A DNA stretch of 64,000 nt, from the NCBI GenBank assembly GCA_902544065.1, contig CACCAS010000002.1, forward strand, positions 1,517-65,516, written 5' to 3'. The position numbers were made by a program, and so were the translations under genes. Every line of letters starts with the position of its first letter. The first letter of the stretch is position 1. The DNA comes from an uncultured Pelagibacteraceae bacterium (lineage in GTDB: Bacteria > Pseudomonadota > Alphaproteobacteria > Pelagibacterales > AG-422-B15). Shown here one piece after another: positions 12,001 through 21,543 of the stretch. The notes beneath the pieces are model-generated. The model was given only the letters and a program-made list of their open reading frames with translations. It was not told the origin of the DNA and searched no databases.

Positions 12001-12353
12001 TCATCAGTTAAATACTGTGAACATGTATCGCTATATAAATAGTTTTTGTTACCACCTGAAAGAACACTGGTTAATTCTGCAGCAGTATCAATTTCCGTAT
12101 CACCCATTAATGCAAGTATCTTAGCATCAGAATCAATTGAAGTACCAAGATCAGAAGATTGTAGGTTGTAAGAATATCCATCCTGGAGCATACAGTTTCT
12201 CTCACTTGCTCTCAGACTGAATCCAGATGTAATTGTAGAATTTATATTACCAGTCATACCTGGTAAGTTTATTTCAGCTGCATAAGACATATGTGTAGAA
12301 GCAAATAGTAATCCTCCTACGAGCCATGCAACTGGTTTATAAAAATTATTCAT
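9081..12353 (-). CDS. large outer-membrane beta-barrel protein, DUF1302-like
   Basis: start moved to ATG at 12353 (AAGGGGAG Shine-Dalgarno 7 nt upstream; signal peptide ...THMSYA/AE); C-terminal ...SHSF terminal Phe; YPEDNEIYGASF...GEVSYRPDFPL resembles the DUF1302 core; Ala/Gly/Thr-rich central region. Confidence 0.6.
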   Translation of the reverse strand: MNNFYKPVAWLVGGLLFASTHMSYAAEINLPGMTGNINSTITSGFSLRASERNCMLQDGYSYNLQSSDLGTSIDSDAKILALMGDTEIDTAAELTSVLSGGNKNYLYSDTCSQYLTDDYGNTATKPVEYGNVNSDLGNLNFDRGDVIDATQKLFTAIDGETDAGLRFDLSFTANVNPALDISSPIFKQLTNEAENEYENDFQLLDAYVTTSLDVGDSIVDITIGKQATNWGEATFIPVGFNGLVANSFDLSKLRAPGSSIREAILPTEQITFATDLEGWSMEAYYQFGHDAIKIDPSGTFFGSQVAATGGDDILASGGYLNSQYPVGKCNTSETLLVGAACNDTTWAAGESTASLATPNTHDFGYLNRTAWTTAATAYAAGDTTDIDKWIAGASNATNAPPSSGLYSIPIHPTTGDNGLTTYVGTMYANAGINPLSETAAADFAALAVGTQAAAASAAQSTLEAGGYEFQNLVITGGLETAGKLNTAADAAAVWADANIDAWEFDQAATVHFRAHSEKHVLPDDDGQFGIKFGKYFDDIGTGVDAQFYYANYHSKVPYIRLVGKGGMLAGDIVGAYTAHVADAQQAAGVAISMYPLGAATATSVNGAMLTTARGTDMGAATGIGALTGTESLGYTVGSAQQMMLYALLNASVDVGEGASESLGCTYSGGYAKLESGCSEYEKEIFSNINNRILMSNGVMYNDPTKQWDTATNAGLYISFTPALAAAVTPLNYAKYQFVYPEDNEIYGASFSTNVNGTMVNGEVSYRPDFPLAYSLGEQAAQLQDVTGVTTALTLAGYDGALLDASGVKAGRIAQMKTAYESIYGAGSYNTAILNNTRSSLPQLANAGSPGVDFYTTPYIKKDILSFDIGTTTTFTASDPIVTTLGADSAFLLTELAGGFISDMDNMRDGYIARSGFNEGNGEYLCLGMFKDLPADELTALNAKLASYEITTSLSDTTASQIDYNMSDGTHTALGSSITDGVFGNGSYCEGRMGADDKAFTYRIVGGAAYNNYLNSAWSLNPSFAWSHDFSGYGPASALGITEGSMSMRVGVSLVNGDTSVDLNYIDNMGDDDINLRNDMDFVSASVSHSF

Positions 12354-12553
12354 GAAATTCTCCCCTTCATTGTAAACTTTAATAAATAAATTTAAGCTGA
12401 TCGAACACAGCATGATCAGAAATTAAATATATTAGGGCTATTCAACAAGAATCTGCCAAATTGTCAATGTCTTAAAAGCCACAATTTTTATATATATTGT
12501 TTTTATGTCACACTCGAATATATGATTGTTAAGTAATTGATAAATAATGATTT

Positions 12554-13255
12554 CTATTTTTTTAGCAAATTTATTAGGGATTCTTGATTAGGCCTGCTGC
12601 TGACCTGACACTCAATTAGACTATTTTTTTGAAGCTCTCGAGCTATTCGCTCACTCAAACAATAATAAGTCATTTGTTTGGCCTGCTTAAGTAAATTGTG
12701 TTTGTGCACAAGTTTTATGAAAGTGATTGCTGTGAACTTTGAATAAATTAGGACTGCATGTATCTTATCTTTATCTAACAATTCTAGTGTTGCATCGCTA
12801 AGATTTTCAACTGGAATTGTTTTATAAAAAATTACTTTTCTTAATCTACCTTGATCCACCAATTGTTGAGCTTCATCTGAAATTATATCACTGCACAAAT
12901 AATCTATTTTTTGGAAAATATTTTGATCATCCATAAATTTTTTAAAATTACCAAAATCTTGAAAAATTTTATTAATGCTGAAAATACCTAATTCATTCAA
13001 CAGCGATGCGGCTTGATCACCTATAACATTAATTGAAACATCATTAAGCATTTTATTCTTAATAATATTATTTATTTTCATTGAGTGAACGGTTTCAACA
13101 CTGCTGATCAGAATAAATTTATTTAATAACTCAAACTTATCTTTTACCTCATGCTTGAATTCAATAAGTGAATCTATGTGGTGGGGAATGTCTTTCTTAT
13201 TAAGAATTTCTGAAAGTCGCTTTGCTCTTTCTTTAGGGCGTGTAATCAAAATCAT
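12554..13255 (-). CDS. hemD: uroporphyrinogen-III synthase (divergent)
   Basis: 233 aa starting MILITRPKERA (typical HemD N-terminus); overlaps hemC by 23 nt; otherwise weak similarity. Confidence 0.6.
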   Translation of the reverse strand: MILITRPKERAKRLSEILNKKDIPHHIDSLIEFKHEVKDKFELLNKFILISSVETVHSMKINNIIKNKMLNDVSINVIGDQAASLLNELGIFSINKIFQDFGNFKKFMDDQNIFQKIDYLCSDIISDEAQQLVDQGRLRKVIFYKTIPVENLSDATLELLDKDKIHAVLIYSKFTAITFIKLVHKHNLLKQAKQMTYYCLSERIARELQKNSLIECQVSSRPNQESLINLLKK

Positions 13256-14198
13256 TTTTTAATTCATCCAATTCATTTATTTTTTTTTGACCCACAGCTT
13301 TTATAACTTCTAAGCCCAAGTGATTACTTAATTCAAAATAATTGTTTTTGTTGCCTGTTAATTCTTTGCGTAAAATTTTCTGCCCATCATGATCGTATAG
13401 TTCAAATCTAATGTTAATTTGTTCATTGTCTATTTTTGCATAAACTGAAACAGGACTATTGCAGTTTGCGTTAATTATTTTTAGAACACGTCGTTCGGAC
13501 AAACACTCTGTTTGAGTTTTGTAATCATTTATGAGTGAAAATATTTTTTTCACTCTACTAGAGCGCATAGCTTGCACCCCAACCGAGCCCTGGCAGGCAG
13601 CAGGCAAAAAAAGTTGGAAATCTAAAACTTCCGTAACCAAATGTTCCATGCCTAATCTTTCCAATCCAGCAAGGCTTAAAATGATAGCGTCATATTCCTT
13701 ATTTTTTAATTTCTGAATACGTGTATCGACGTTGCCTCTCAATAATTTTATAGATAAGTCCTTTCTTAAATTTAGAACTTGTGACCTTCGACGAACAGAA
13801 CTGGTCCCAATTACACTCCCAGGTGGTAAATCCATGAAACTTTTACCTGAATTGCTTAATAACGCATCATTGGCTTTGTGTCTTTTCGTCCAACAAATAA
13901 TGTCTAGATCTGGAAATGCTTCCTGCACCGGTACGTCCTTCATTGAATGTACCCCGACATCGACTTTACCTGATATTATTTGTTCCTCTATCTCTTTGAT
14001 AAATAGCCCTTTACCTCCGATGCGATCCAGACGATGCGTACTTTGAACATCACCGGTCGTTTTGATTGTTCTTATATCAAATAAATCTCTCTTTATTTTT
14101 GGATCTAAACTCAGAATCTCCTGAATTAAGAGATTAGTCTGAGATTTTGATAAATTACTGCTTCGAATTCCCACTACAATTTTTTCAAATTCAAACAT
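13233..14198 (-). CDS. hemC: hydroxymethylbilane synthase (porphobilinogen deaminase)
   Basis: 321 aa; IGTSSVRRRSQ, LRGNVDTRIQKL, PAACQG cofactor Cys context. Confidence 0.9.
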   Translation of the reverse strand: MFEFEKIVVGIRSSNLSKSQTNLLIQEILSLDPKIKRDLFDIRTIKTTGDVQSTHRLDRIGGKGLFIKEIEEQIISGKVDVGVHSMKDVPVQEAFPDLDIICWTKRHKANDALLSNSGKSFMDLPPGSVIGTSSVRRRSQVLNLRKDLSIKLLRGNVDTRIQKLKNKEYDAIILSLAGLERLGMEHLVTEVLDFQLFLPAACQGSVGVQAMRSSRVKKIFSLINDYKTQTECLSERRVLKIINANCNSPVSVYAKIDNEQINIRFELYDHDGQKILRKELTGNKNNYFELSNHLGLEVIKAVGQKKINELDELKNDFDYTP

Positions 14199-14287
14199 AC
14201 ATTATAATATCGAACATTTTTACGTTAGGTTTATAATTAAAGAAATAATACTTAAAGTATACTGAATTTAATCGGTTTTTAGAAAAT

Positions 14288-15370
14288 ATGGGTATGAGAA
14301 AAATTAGGGTACTAGGCATCGAATCTAGTTGTGATGAAACATCAGTGTCAGTTGTAGAAAAATACGGAGAGAGGATTAAAGTCCTCTCAAATATTGTTAA
14401 ATCTCAGCTTGATGTTCATAAAGATTATGGAGGAGTTGTTCCAGAACTTGCCGCAAGAGCTCATTCAGATGTCATTCATAAGTTAATTCAAATGGCTCTG
14501 GATAAGGCCAAGATTACATTCCGTAGCATTCATGCCATCGCCTCAACAGCAGGCCCTGGTTTACTCGGCGGACTATTAGTGGGCGTTGTCGCTGGAAAGA
14601 CACTGGCTTCTTCACTAAAGAAGCCCTTCATCGCGATTAACCATTTAGAAGGTCACGCTCTATCCATTAAACTTGAACAAAAAATTGAGTTTCCATATTT
14701 ATTATTATTGGTATCCGGTGGACACACTGAATTTACAGTAATAAAAAAATTTAATACTTATAAACGTATTGGCACAACCATTGATGACGCACTGGGTGAG
14801 GCGTTTGATAAAACTGCACGTCTTTTAAAAATGGAATATCCAGGTGGACCAGAGATCGAAAAATACGCCAAAGAAGGTAATGAAAATAAATACAAGTTAC
14901 CCTTACCTCTTATCAATGAAAACAATTGTCACTTTTCTTTTGCGGGTCTCAAGTCAGCAGTCGCTAATGTGGTTGCTCAAAATAAATGTACCGAGAAATT
15001 TAAAAAAGACATGTCAGCCTCTTTTCAAAAAACCATCAACCAAATTTTATATGCCAAGGCTAAAAATGCTATTGAGCATTTTCAAAATATTAATACATCA
15101 AAAGAAATTACAAGAATTGTAGTTGCTGGAGGAGTAGCTGCAAATAAAAGTCTACGCGGCGCACTTACAGAATTAGAGTCAACTCATCGATGCGAATTTC
15201 TGTTTCCCTCAATAAAATATTGTACTGATAATGGAGCTATGATTGCACTGGCTGGCATAGAAAGATTTGAACGCAATATGTTTAACAAACTTGATTTCAA
15301 ACCAAAACCAAGATGGCCCCTTGATAAAGATGCTTTATTTATGAAAGGAAAAAGAGTCGTTGGCGGATAA
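14288..15370 (+). CDS. tsaD: tRNA N6-adenosine threonylcarbamoyltransferase
   Basis: 360 aa; LGIESSCDETS, INHLEGHAL, VAGGVAAN. Confidence 0.9.
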   Translation: MGMRKIRVLGIESSCDETSVSVVEKYGERIKVLSNIVKSQLDVHKDYGGVVPELAARAHSDVIHKLIQMALDKAKITFRSIHAIASTAGPGLLGGLLVGVVAGKTLASSLKKPFIAINHLEGHALSIKLEQKIEFPYLLLLVSGGHTEFTVIKKFNTYKRIGTTIDDALGEAFDKTARLLKMEYPGGPEIEKYAKEGNENKYKLPLPLINENNCHFSFAGLKSAVANVVAQNKCTEKFKKDMSASFQKTINQILYAKAKNAIEHFQNINTSKEITRIVVAGGVAANKSLRGALTELESTHRCEFLFPSIKYCTDNGAMIALAGIERFERNMFNKLDFKPKPRWPLDKDALFMKGKRVVGG

Positions 15371-16358
15371 AAAAAATTTTAAAATTGGGGTCATCGGAGC
15401 TGGTGCCTGGGGTACGGCACTTGCCAATATTTTAGCACAAAAACAGAAAGTAAGACTCTGGGCCAAAGAAAAAAGTGTTAGTGAAAATATTGAAAAGTAT
15501 AGAGAAAACAAAAGATTTCTTCCTAAAGTTAAATTAAGCAAAAAAATAAATTGTACGACAGAAATCAATAATGTTTCTGAATGTGAGATATTATTTTTAG
15601 TGATTCCAGTTCAATATCTCTTTGGAGTTTTAAACAAATTAAAAAATTTTTTAGATGAAAAAACAATTTTTGTTTGTTGTTCAAAAGGACTTGAAATGAA
15701 CAGCTTAAAATTACCAAGCCAGATCGTATCATCGATATTCCCAAAAAATAAAATTGCAGTCATATCAGGTCCAAACTTTGCAGCTGAAATTGCAAAAGGA
15801 TTACCCGCTGCAACAACCGTTGCATCTAAACATGAAGAAGTAGCAAAAAAAATTGCATCACTTATTAAATCGCCAACACTGAGACCTTATTTATCCAATG
15901 ATATTATTGGATCACAAATTGCAGGTGCACTAAAAAATATATACGCCATTGCCAGTGGAATTGTGGTTGGAAAAAAATACGGAGAGAATGCAGTCGCCTC
16001 AATCATCGCAAGAAGCTTTGCAGAAATAACAACGGTTGCTAAATCAATGAATGCAAAAAAAAGTACGCTCGCTGGTCTTTCAGGTATGGGCGATTTATTT
16101 CTCACATGTTCTTCTAAAGAATCCAGAAATTTTTCTCTTGGAATTGATTTAGCAAAAGGAAAAACATTAAATGAGATTATTCAAAAGAAATTTTCAATTG
16201 CTGAAGGTGTTTTTACTGTTCGGGCATTAAAAAAACTTGCATCTAGAGAAAAATTAGATTTACCCATTAACGAAGCTGTCTATAGAGTCTTGTACCGAAA
16301 AAAAAACATTGATGTTGCCATTCAAGAACTTTTAACTAGGCCAATAACAAGAGAATAA
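15360..16358 (+). CDS. gpsA: NAD(P)H-dependent glycerol-3-phosphate dehydrogenase
   Basis: 332 aa; IGVIGAGAWGTALA, GLSGMGDLFLTC; overlaps tsaD by 11 nt. Confidence 0.9.
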   Translation: MADKKNFKIGVIGAGAWGTALANILAQKQKVRLWAKEKSVSENIEKYRENKRFLPKVKLSKKINCTTEINNVSECEILFLVIPVQYLFGVLNKLKNFLDEKTIFVCCSKGLEMNSLKLPSQIVSSIFPKNKIAVISGPNFAAEIAKGLPAATTVASKHEEVAKKIASLIKSPTLRPYLSNDIIGSQIAGALKNIYAIASGIVVGKKYGENAVASIIARSFAEITTVAKSMNAKKSTLAGLSGMGDLFLTCSSKESRNFSLGIDLAKGKTLNEIIQKKFSIAEGVFTVRALKKLASREKLDLPINEAVYRVLYRKKNIDVAIQELLTRPITRE

Positions 16359-16359
16359 G

Positions 16360-16941
16360 ATGAAAAAATTAATATTACTGATATTAATTCTGTTTTGTTC
16401 CCAGTCTTCTATTGCAAACGAAAGGTTTATTCCTCTCGAATTATTTACAGGTGGGGAAGTTCGAAATGATACTGAAATTAAATTCACAAAAGCTGATTTA
16501 GTTTTTGGTGAGAAAAAAACGAAAAAAATTACAGGCCCTGAAAATTGGAAGAACCCCAATACGCAAGAAGTGATCAAAGTCTATAAAAGGACAAGAAAAG
16601 ATCAAACTGAATTAAAAACTCAATTATTTACCATCACGAATAATGGCCAATGCATTGGCAGAGTTTGGGATAGTAGGCGGGGTGGAAGTGTGATTAAAAA
16701 TGGCTGTAAGTTTCCTTTAGGTTTTTGGAAAGAAAAGGAGACAAGAATATTTGAAGGCTCTTCTAATGGCAAACCAAGGAAAATTGAATTAACAATTTTA
16801 AAATTAGGAAACAAACCTAACAGTGAAATTAGTTTTAATTGGAAACTATATGATCTAAAATCTGGTGAGTTGATGGATGACAATGATTATACTTTTTCAC
16901 CTGCTAAAGCAATGACTAAACTTAATGATAAAAAATTATAG
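16360..16941 (+). CDS. hypothetical secreted protein
   Basis: 193 aa, signal peptide (LILFCSQSSIA/NE); no family recognised; starts 1 nt after gpsA stop. Confidence 0.55.
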   Translation: MKKLILLILILFCSQSSIANERFIPLELFTGGEVRNDTEIKFTKADLVFGEKKTKKITGPENWKNPNTQEVIKVYKRTRKDQTELKTQLFTITNNGQCIGRVWDSRRGGSVIKNGCKFPLGFWKEKETRIFEGSSNGKPRKIELTILKLGNKPNSEISFNWKLYDLKSGELMDDNDYTFSPAKAMTKLNDKKL

Positions 16942-16960
16942 AAAAATTATTCAATAAAAT

Positions 16961-17383
16961 ATGACAAGATCTTATTATTTAATGAAGTCTGAACCAGAAA
17001 CCTGGTCTTGGGAACAACAAGTAAAGGTTGGCGCAAAGGGTGAAGGCTGGGATGGAGTGAGAAATTATCAAGCCTCAAATAATATGAAAAAAATGAAGAA
17101 GGGGGATCTTTGTTTTTTTTATCACTCAGTGAAAGAACGTGATGTTGTGGGGATTGTCAAAGTTGTTAAAGAGTATCACCCTGATCCTACCGATAAGTCC
17201 AAACGCTTTGGTATGGTGAGTGTAAGCGCAGTTAAAGCACTAAAAAAAAGAGTGAATCTCAATCAAATAAAAAGCGACAAAAGACTAAATCATCTTGCTT
17301 TAGTGAAACAATCGAGACTATCTGTAATGCCCATCGATAAGAAGTCCTGGACTATTATTTGCAATCTAGGTGGTATCAAATAA
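16961..17383 (+). CDS. EVE (PUA-like, DUF55) domain protein
   Basis: 140 aa; YYLMKSEPETWSW start and GDLCFFYHS motif typical of EVE/Thy28-like proteins. Confidence 0.75.
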   Translation: MTRSYYLMKSEPETWSWEQQVKVGAKGEGWDGVRNYQASNNMKKMKKGDLCFFYHSVKERDVVGIVKVVKEYHPDPTDKSKRFGMVSVSAVKALKKRVNLNQIKSDKRLNHLALVKQSRLSVMPIDKKSWTIICNLGGIK

Positions 17384-17395
17384 GATATTTGGTCT

Positions 17396-19336
17396 ATGAG
17401 TGATAATGAAAAATTTAACGTCAGTGCCGATTGGTCGGCCAACGCACAAATTAACCAAGATAAATATAATGAGTGGTATGAAACATCCTTCAACAACAAT
17501 GAAGATTTTTGGAACGAGCACGGCAAACGTATAGAATGGATAAAGCCGTATACAAAAGTGAAAGATGTATCATTCAACAAAGATAATTTTTCAATCAAGT
17601 GGTACGAAGATGGTGCTCTTAATGCGTCCGCTAATTGCATCGATCGACATTTAAAAGATAAAGGGGATCAGACAGCCATCATTTGGGAAGGCGATGATCC
17701 AAAAGATTCAAAGCACATTACTTATCATGAACTTCATAAAGAAGTTTCAAAATTATCTAATGGCATGAAATCCCTTGGGGTAAAAAAAGGTGACCGTGTA
17801 ACCATTTATATGCCAATGATTCCTGAAGCAGCATACGCTATGCTTGCGTGCACACGCATTGGCGCTATTCACTCAGTCGTGTTCGGTGGCTTTTCACCTG
17901 ACTCACTTGCAGGACGCATCAGTGATTGTAAATCAGATATTGTGATAACGGCTGATGAAGGGTTAAGAGGCGGCAAACCAATTCCATTAAAAAAGAATAC
18001 TGACGATGCCATCAACATCTCAGGTGGTGTGAGACATTGTATTGTTGTCAAGCGAACAGGTGGGGCAATCGATTGGCATGATGACCGTGATGTTTGGTAT
18101 CATGAATTAATAAGTGATGCATCAGATGACTGTCCGCCAGAAGAAATGAATGCGGAAGATCCATTATTCATTCTCTATACATCAGGATCTACAGGAAAAC
18201 CAAAAGGCGTGATGCATACATCTGGTGGTTATATGGTGTACGCCTCCATGACACATCAATATGTATTTGATTACAAACCAGGTGATGTTTACTGGTGCAC
18301 GGCTGATGTTGGCTGGGTCACGGGACACAGTTACATTGTATATGGACCACTCGCTAATGGTGCAATTACAGTCATGTTTGAAGGGGTGCCTAATTATCCA
18401 AGCGCATCTCGTTTCTGGGAAGTAGTTGATAAACACAAAGTAAATATTTTCTACACAGCGCCGACAGCTATTCGTGCACTCATGCGTGAAGGTGAAGGAC
18501 CAGTAACAAAAACAAGTCGATCCTCTCTAAAATTACTCGGCACTGTGGGCGAGCCAATCAATCCGGAAGCCTGGATGTGGTATTATAATGTCGTCGGTGA
18601 AAAAAAATGTCCCATCGTCGATACATGGTGGCAAACTGAAACGGGGGGCATCTTAATTTCACCTCTTCCTGGAGCTATTGCTCAAAAACCAGGCTCAGCA
18701 ACAAAACCTTTCTTTGGTATCCAACCAGAGATCATGGATGCTGAAGGAAATATATTAGAAGGAGCCTGTGAAGGATCATTGTGTCTTGCAGATTCTTGGC
18801 CAGGACAAATGAGAACCGTATACGGCGATCACAAAAGATTTATTGAAACTTATTTTTCTCAATTTGATGGAAAGTATTTCACCGGTGATGGATGCAAGCG
18901 TGATGAAGATGGTTACTATTGGATCACGGGACGTGTTGATGATGTCATTAATGTTTCTGGTCACCGTATGGGAACCGCCGAAGTTGAATCGGCTTTAGTT
19001 GCACATCCAAAAGTCAGTGAAGCTGCTGTTGTTGGTTATCCTCATGACATTAAAGGTCAGGGAATTTACGCTTACGTAACCTTAAACGCAGGCGAAGCAA
19101 CATCTGACGAATTATATAAAGAGTTGGTTGCTTGGGTTCGAAAAGAGATTGGACCCATTGCATCTCCTGATCTTATTCAATGGGCACCCGGTCTTCCAAA
19201 GACACGGTCTGGTAAAATCATGCGAAGAATTTTAAGAAAGATTGCTGAAAATGAATATAGCAATCTTGGCGATACATCTACTTTGGCCGAACCAGCAGTA
19301 GTCGATGATCTGATCGACAATCGAATGAACAAGTGA
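17396..19336 (+). CDS. acs: acetyl-CoA synthetase
   Basis: 646 aa; AMP-binding [38 protein letters not shown]. Confidence 0.95.
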   Translation: MSDNEKFNVSADWSANAQINQDKYNEWYETSFNNNEDFWNEHGKRIEWIKPYTKVKDVSFNKDNFSIKWYEDGALNASANCIDRHLKDKGDQTAIIWEGDDPKDSKHITYHELHKEVSKLSNGMKSLGVKKGDRVTIYMPMIPEAAYAMLACTRIGAIHSVVFGGFSPDSLAGRISDCKSDIVITADEGLRGGKPIPLKKNTDDAINISGGVRHCIVVKRTGGAIDWHDDRDVWYHELISDASDDCPPEEMNAEDPLFILYTSGSTGKPKGVMHTSGGYMVYASMTHQYVFDYKPGDVYWCTADVGWVTGHSYIVYGPLANGAITVMFEGVPNYPSASRFWEVVDKHKVNIFYTAPTAIRALMREGEGPVTKTSRSSLKLLGTVGEPINPEAWMWYYNVVGEKKCPIVDTWWQTETGGILISPLPGAIAQKPGSATKPFFGIQPEIMDAEGNILEGACEGSLCLADSWPGQMRTVYGDHKRFIETYFSQFDGKYFTGDGCKRDEDGYYWITGRVDDVINVSGHRMGTAEVESALVAHPKVSEAAVVGYPHDIKGQGIYAYVTLNAGEATSDELYKELVAWVRKEIGPIASPDLIQWAPGLPKTRSGKIMRRILRKIAENEYSNLGDTSTLAEPAVVDDLIDNRMNK

Positions 19337-20370
19337 TCAATTTTCATAAAAAATATCTATTAAAAATACAAAATAAGTTTGCATTATCTAATTACGCCTA
19401 TCTTTGGTTGTCATTTATAAAAGGGATCATTGTTACTTTAATCATAATTTGGATTCTTAACATTGCATCTCTGTTGGGGAAATCTGACTTAAACTTTAAA
19501 GAAGTATACATACCAAGTGATATAGATCTGGATAACTATCTTAAAAACTCTGAGATAAGTCTCGGAGATGTTCCTGAAGAAGCACAAAAAAAAATAATAT
19601 GGTCGAATGAGGAAAAAAATAAGACCGAAATTGCTATCGCTTTTTTGCCTGGCTTTAGCACAACTAATTTTCAACAAAAAGAATTTTTCGATAAGTTATC
19701 GAAGGATCTCAATGCAAATATTTTTTTATCAAGGTTGTCGGGCCATGGTCGTGAACATCCTGGTTCAAAGCAGATGAGTGCAGAGAATTATTTAAACGAT
19801 ACATCGGAAGCAATAGAAATTGCTAAAAGAATAGGTAATAAAGTTATTTTGATTGGCTTTTCTCTTGGCGGTGCACTTACCACAGCGGCTTCTTTTGATG
19901 AGGAGCTATCTAAGGATCTACATGGGGTAGTTCTTTTTGCCCCAGCATACGTCGGAACATTAAGAAATATCAGCCTATGGCTTTATGCAGGGTCTTTCCT
20001 TGATATAATAAATTTGGATTGCAATGATTATATCAATGATCAAAAGAAATATGATTGTACTAAGTACTCTACAAATGTATTTGAGACATCTGATGGAGTA
20101 GAAGGAGGTCACATCATGAGTGCAGTAGCAGAAAAAAACTTTTCGGAGAATAAAATTCCAGCATTAACATTTTTTGACTACGATGATGATGTTTTGAACT
20201 CTTATGAAACAAAAAAAAGACTGGATAACTGGGGTAACAAAAAAAGTAAAATAGTAATTATTGAGTCAGGCGAGAAAGATATCACCCAACATTTTATTGT
20301 TGGATTTCTTAATCCTGAACTTGATGAATTTTATATTAAGGAAATAAGCAATTGGATAAACAACTTATAA
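19333..20370 (+). CDS. membrane-anchored alpha/beta hydrolase
   Basis: 345 aa; GTG start overlapping acs stop (GTGA); N-terminal TM helix; nucleophile elbow GFSLGG. Confidence 0.7.
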   Translation: MINFHKKYLLKIQNKFALSNYAYLWLSFIKGIIVTLIIIWILNIASLLGKSDLNFKEVYIPSDIDLDNYLKNSEISLGDVPEEAQKKIIWSNEEKNKTEIAIAFLPGFSTTNFQQKEFFDKLSKDLNANIFLSRLSGHGREHPGSKQMSAENYLNDTSEAIEIAKRIGNKVILIGFSLGGALTTAASFDEELSKDLHGVVLFAPAYVGTLRNISLWLYAGSFLDIINLDCNDYINDQKKYDCTKYSTNVFETSDGVEGGHIMSAVAEKNFSENKIPALTFFDYDDDVLNSYETKKRLDNWGNKKSKIVIIESGEKDITQHFIVGFLNPELDEFYIKEISNWINNL

Positions 20371-20765
20371 AAAATTTAATAGAAAAGCATAATATGGAAC
20401 CACATCCTGAGGGCGGACATTATGTTGAGATTTTTAGAAATGACGATGTCACGCATATATATTTTTTATTAGAAGAACATGAAAATTCTCATTGGCACAG
20501 AATAACCAAAACGGAAACATTACACTTTTACTCTGGCAGTCCCCTTAACGTATACACCTCAAAAGATGGAGTAGAATTTCAGATTGATGAAATAGGGTCC
20601 AACAATAATTTTATGTATACTGTTAAAAAAGGTACTTGGTTTGCTCTAAAGTCTACTGGTTCTTATAGCTTGATTGGTTGTACGGTCGCGCCTGCCTTTC
20701 AATTTGAAGATTTAGAACTCGCACCTAAAGACTGGAAGCCGTCTACATTTGATCAGCAGCTTTAA
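20352..20765 (+). CDS. cupin superfamily protein (DUF985-like)
   Basis: 137 aa; PHPEGGHY near N-terminus, SHWHR, GCTVAPAFQFEDLEL; TTG start inferred from track, exact start uncertain. Confidence 0.7.
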   Translation: MDKQLIKNLIEKHNMEPHPEGGHYVEIFRNDDVTHIYFLLEEHENSHWHRITKTETLHFYSGSPLNVYTSKDGVEFQIDEIGSNNNFMYTVKKGTWFALKSTGSYSLIGCTVAPAFQFEDLELAPKDWKPSTFDQQL

Positions 20766-20820
20766 ATAGCCCTTAAAAAATCTTCTTGATGTTGATTTTT
20801 ATCAAATTATTTAATCTGAT

Positions 20821-21276
20821 GTGATTAGAAAGAATTCGCTCTACATACTGATTACGGGAATAATCATCATTGGCTTATATTTTATGATGATGCCCGACAA
20901 CAACAATACACAGAGTAGAATTGATATGGTTAATGCGCAGACATCTCCTGCTGTAGTGTCTCTTTATCAAAATAATTGTGCGTCCTGTCATGGTAAAAAT
21001 TTACAAGGTCAAGTTGGATGGCAAAATCAACTTGATGACGACGGACATCGACTTGCGCCTCCATTAAATGGCACGGCTCATACATGGCATCATTCACCAG
21101 AATATTTATACAGGGTCATAAAATATGGCTTCACAAGTTTTGATCCGAATTATGAGGGAAAGATGCTCGGCAACTCAGGTCTTTCTGATGAGGAAGTTTG
21201 GGAATTGGTATCGTATATGAAAGAAGTATGGCCTAACGAAATTAAAGAAGTTTATGAAAATAGATTTGGGTCATAG
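20821..21276 (+). CDS. membrane-anchored monohaem c-type cytochrome
   Basis: 151 aa; N-terminal TM segment, haem-binding CASCHG; GTG start. Confidence 0.75.
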   Translation: MIRKNSLYILITGIIIIGLYFMMMPDNNNTQSRIDMVNAQTSPAVVSLYQNNCASCHGKNLQGQVGWQNQLDDDGHRLAPPLNGTAHTWHHSPEYLYRVIKYGFTSFDPNYEGKMLGNSGLSDEEVWELVSYMKEVWPNEIKEVYENRFGS

Positions 21277-21288
21277 AAGGCTCCACTT

Positions 21289-21444
21289 TTAGAAATCTGA
21301 GGTGATTCCCTTTTTCTCCCAGTCGCCAAAGCGGGTTGGTTCAGGTCCATCAGTACCACCTATTTCCTTTTTCTTTTTAATTAGTTTTGAGGCAGATTTC
21401 TTGTCTTCTGTATCCTCAATAACTTCAGTTTTTTTATCGCTCAT
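21289..21444 (-). CDS. DUF1674 / succinate dehydrogenase assembly factor 4 (SDHAF4)-like small protein
   Basis: hand-translated 51-aa ORF MSDKKTEVIEDTEDKKSASKLIKKKKEIGGTDGPEPTRFGDWEKKGITSDF; C-terminal GPEPTRFGDWEKKG..DF matches the SDHAF4/DUF1674 signature; below the ORF-track length cut-off. Confidence 0.8.
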   Translation of the reverse strand: MSDKKTEVIEDTEDKKSASKLIKKKKEIGGTDGPEPTRFGDWEKKGITSDF

Positions 21445-21543
21445 AGTACTTAATTTAATCTTAAATTTTGCGTTATCAAAGCATGAAAAATAGTGGGAAA
21501 CAAATGGGGTTTCTGTTATACAGAGAAATAATGCTTCTTACAC

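Noticed and set aside
12354-12413. Upstream 20-codon extension of the large outer-membrane protein ORF (track start 12413)
   Set aside because: The internal ATG at 12353 has a strong AAGGGGAG ribosome-binding site and yields a canonical signal peptide. The extension (MLCSISLNLFIKVYNEGENF) would bury it.
12414-12553. Possible sigma70 promoter for the DUF1302-like gene (TTGACA at 12467-12462, 17-nt spacer, TGAATA)
   Set aside because: The -10 element is a poor match (2/6). It cannot be distinguished from chance in AT-rich DNA, so it is not listed as a feature.
21302-21493. 63-aa plus-strand ORF from the track
   Set aside because: Low-complexity product with no recognisable family. It is exactly antisense to a minus-strand ORF with a clear DUF1674/SDHAF4 signature, so it is treated as a shadow ORF.
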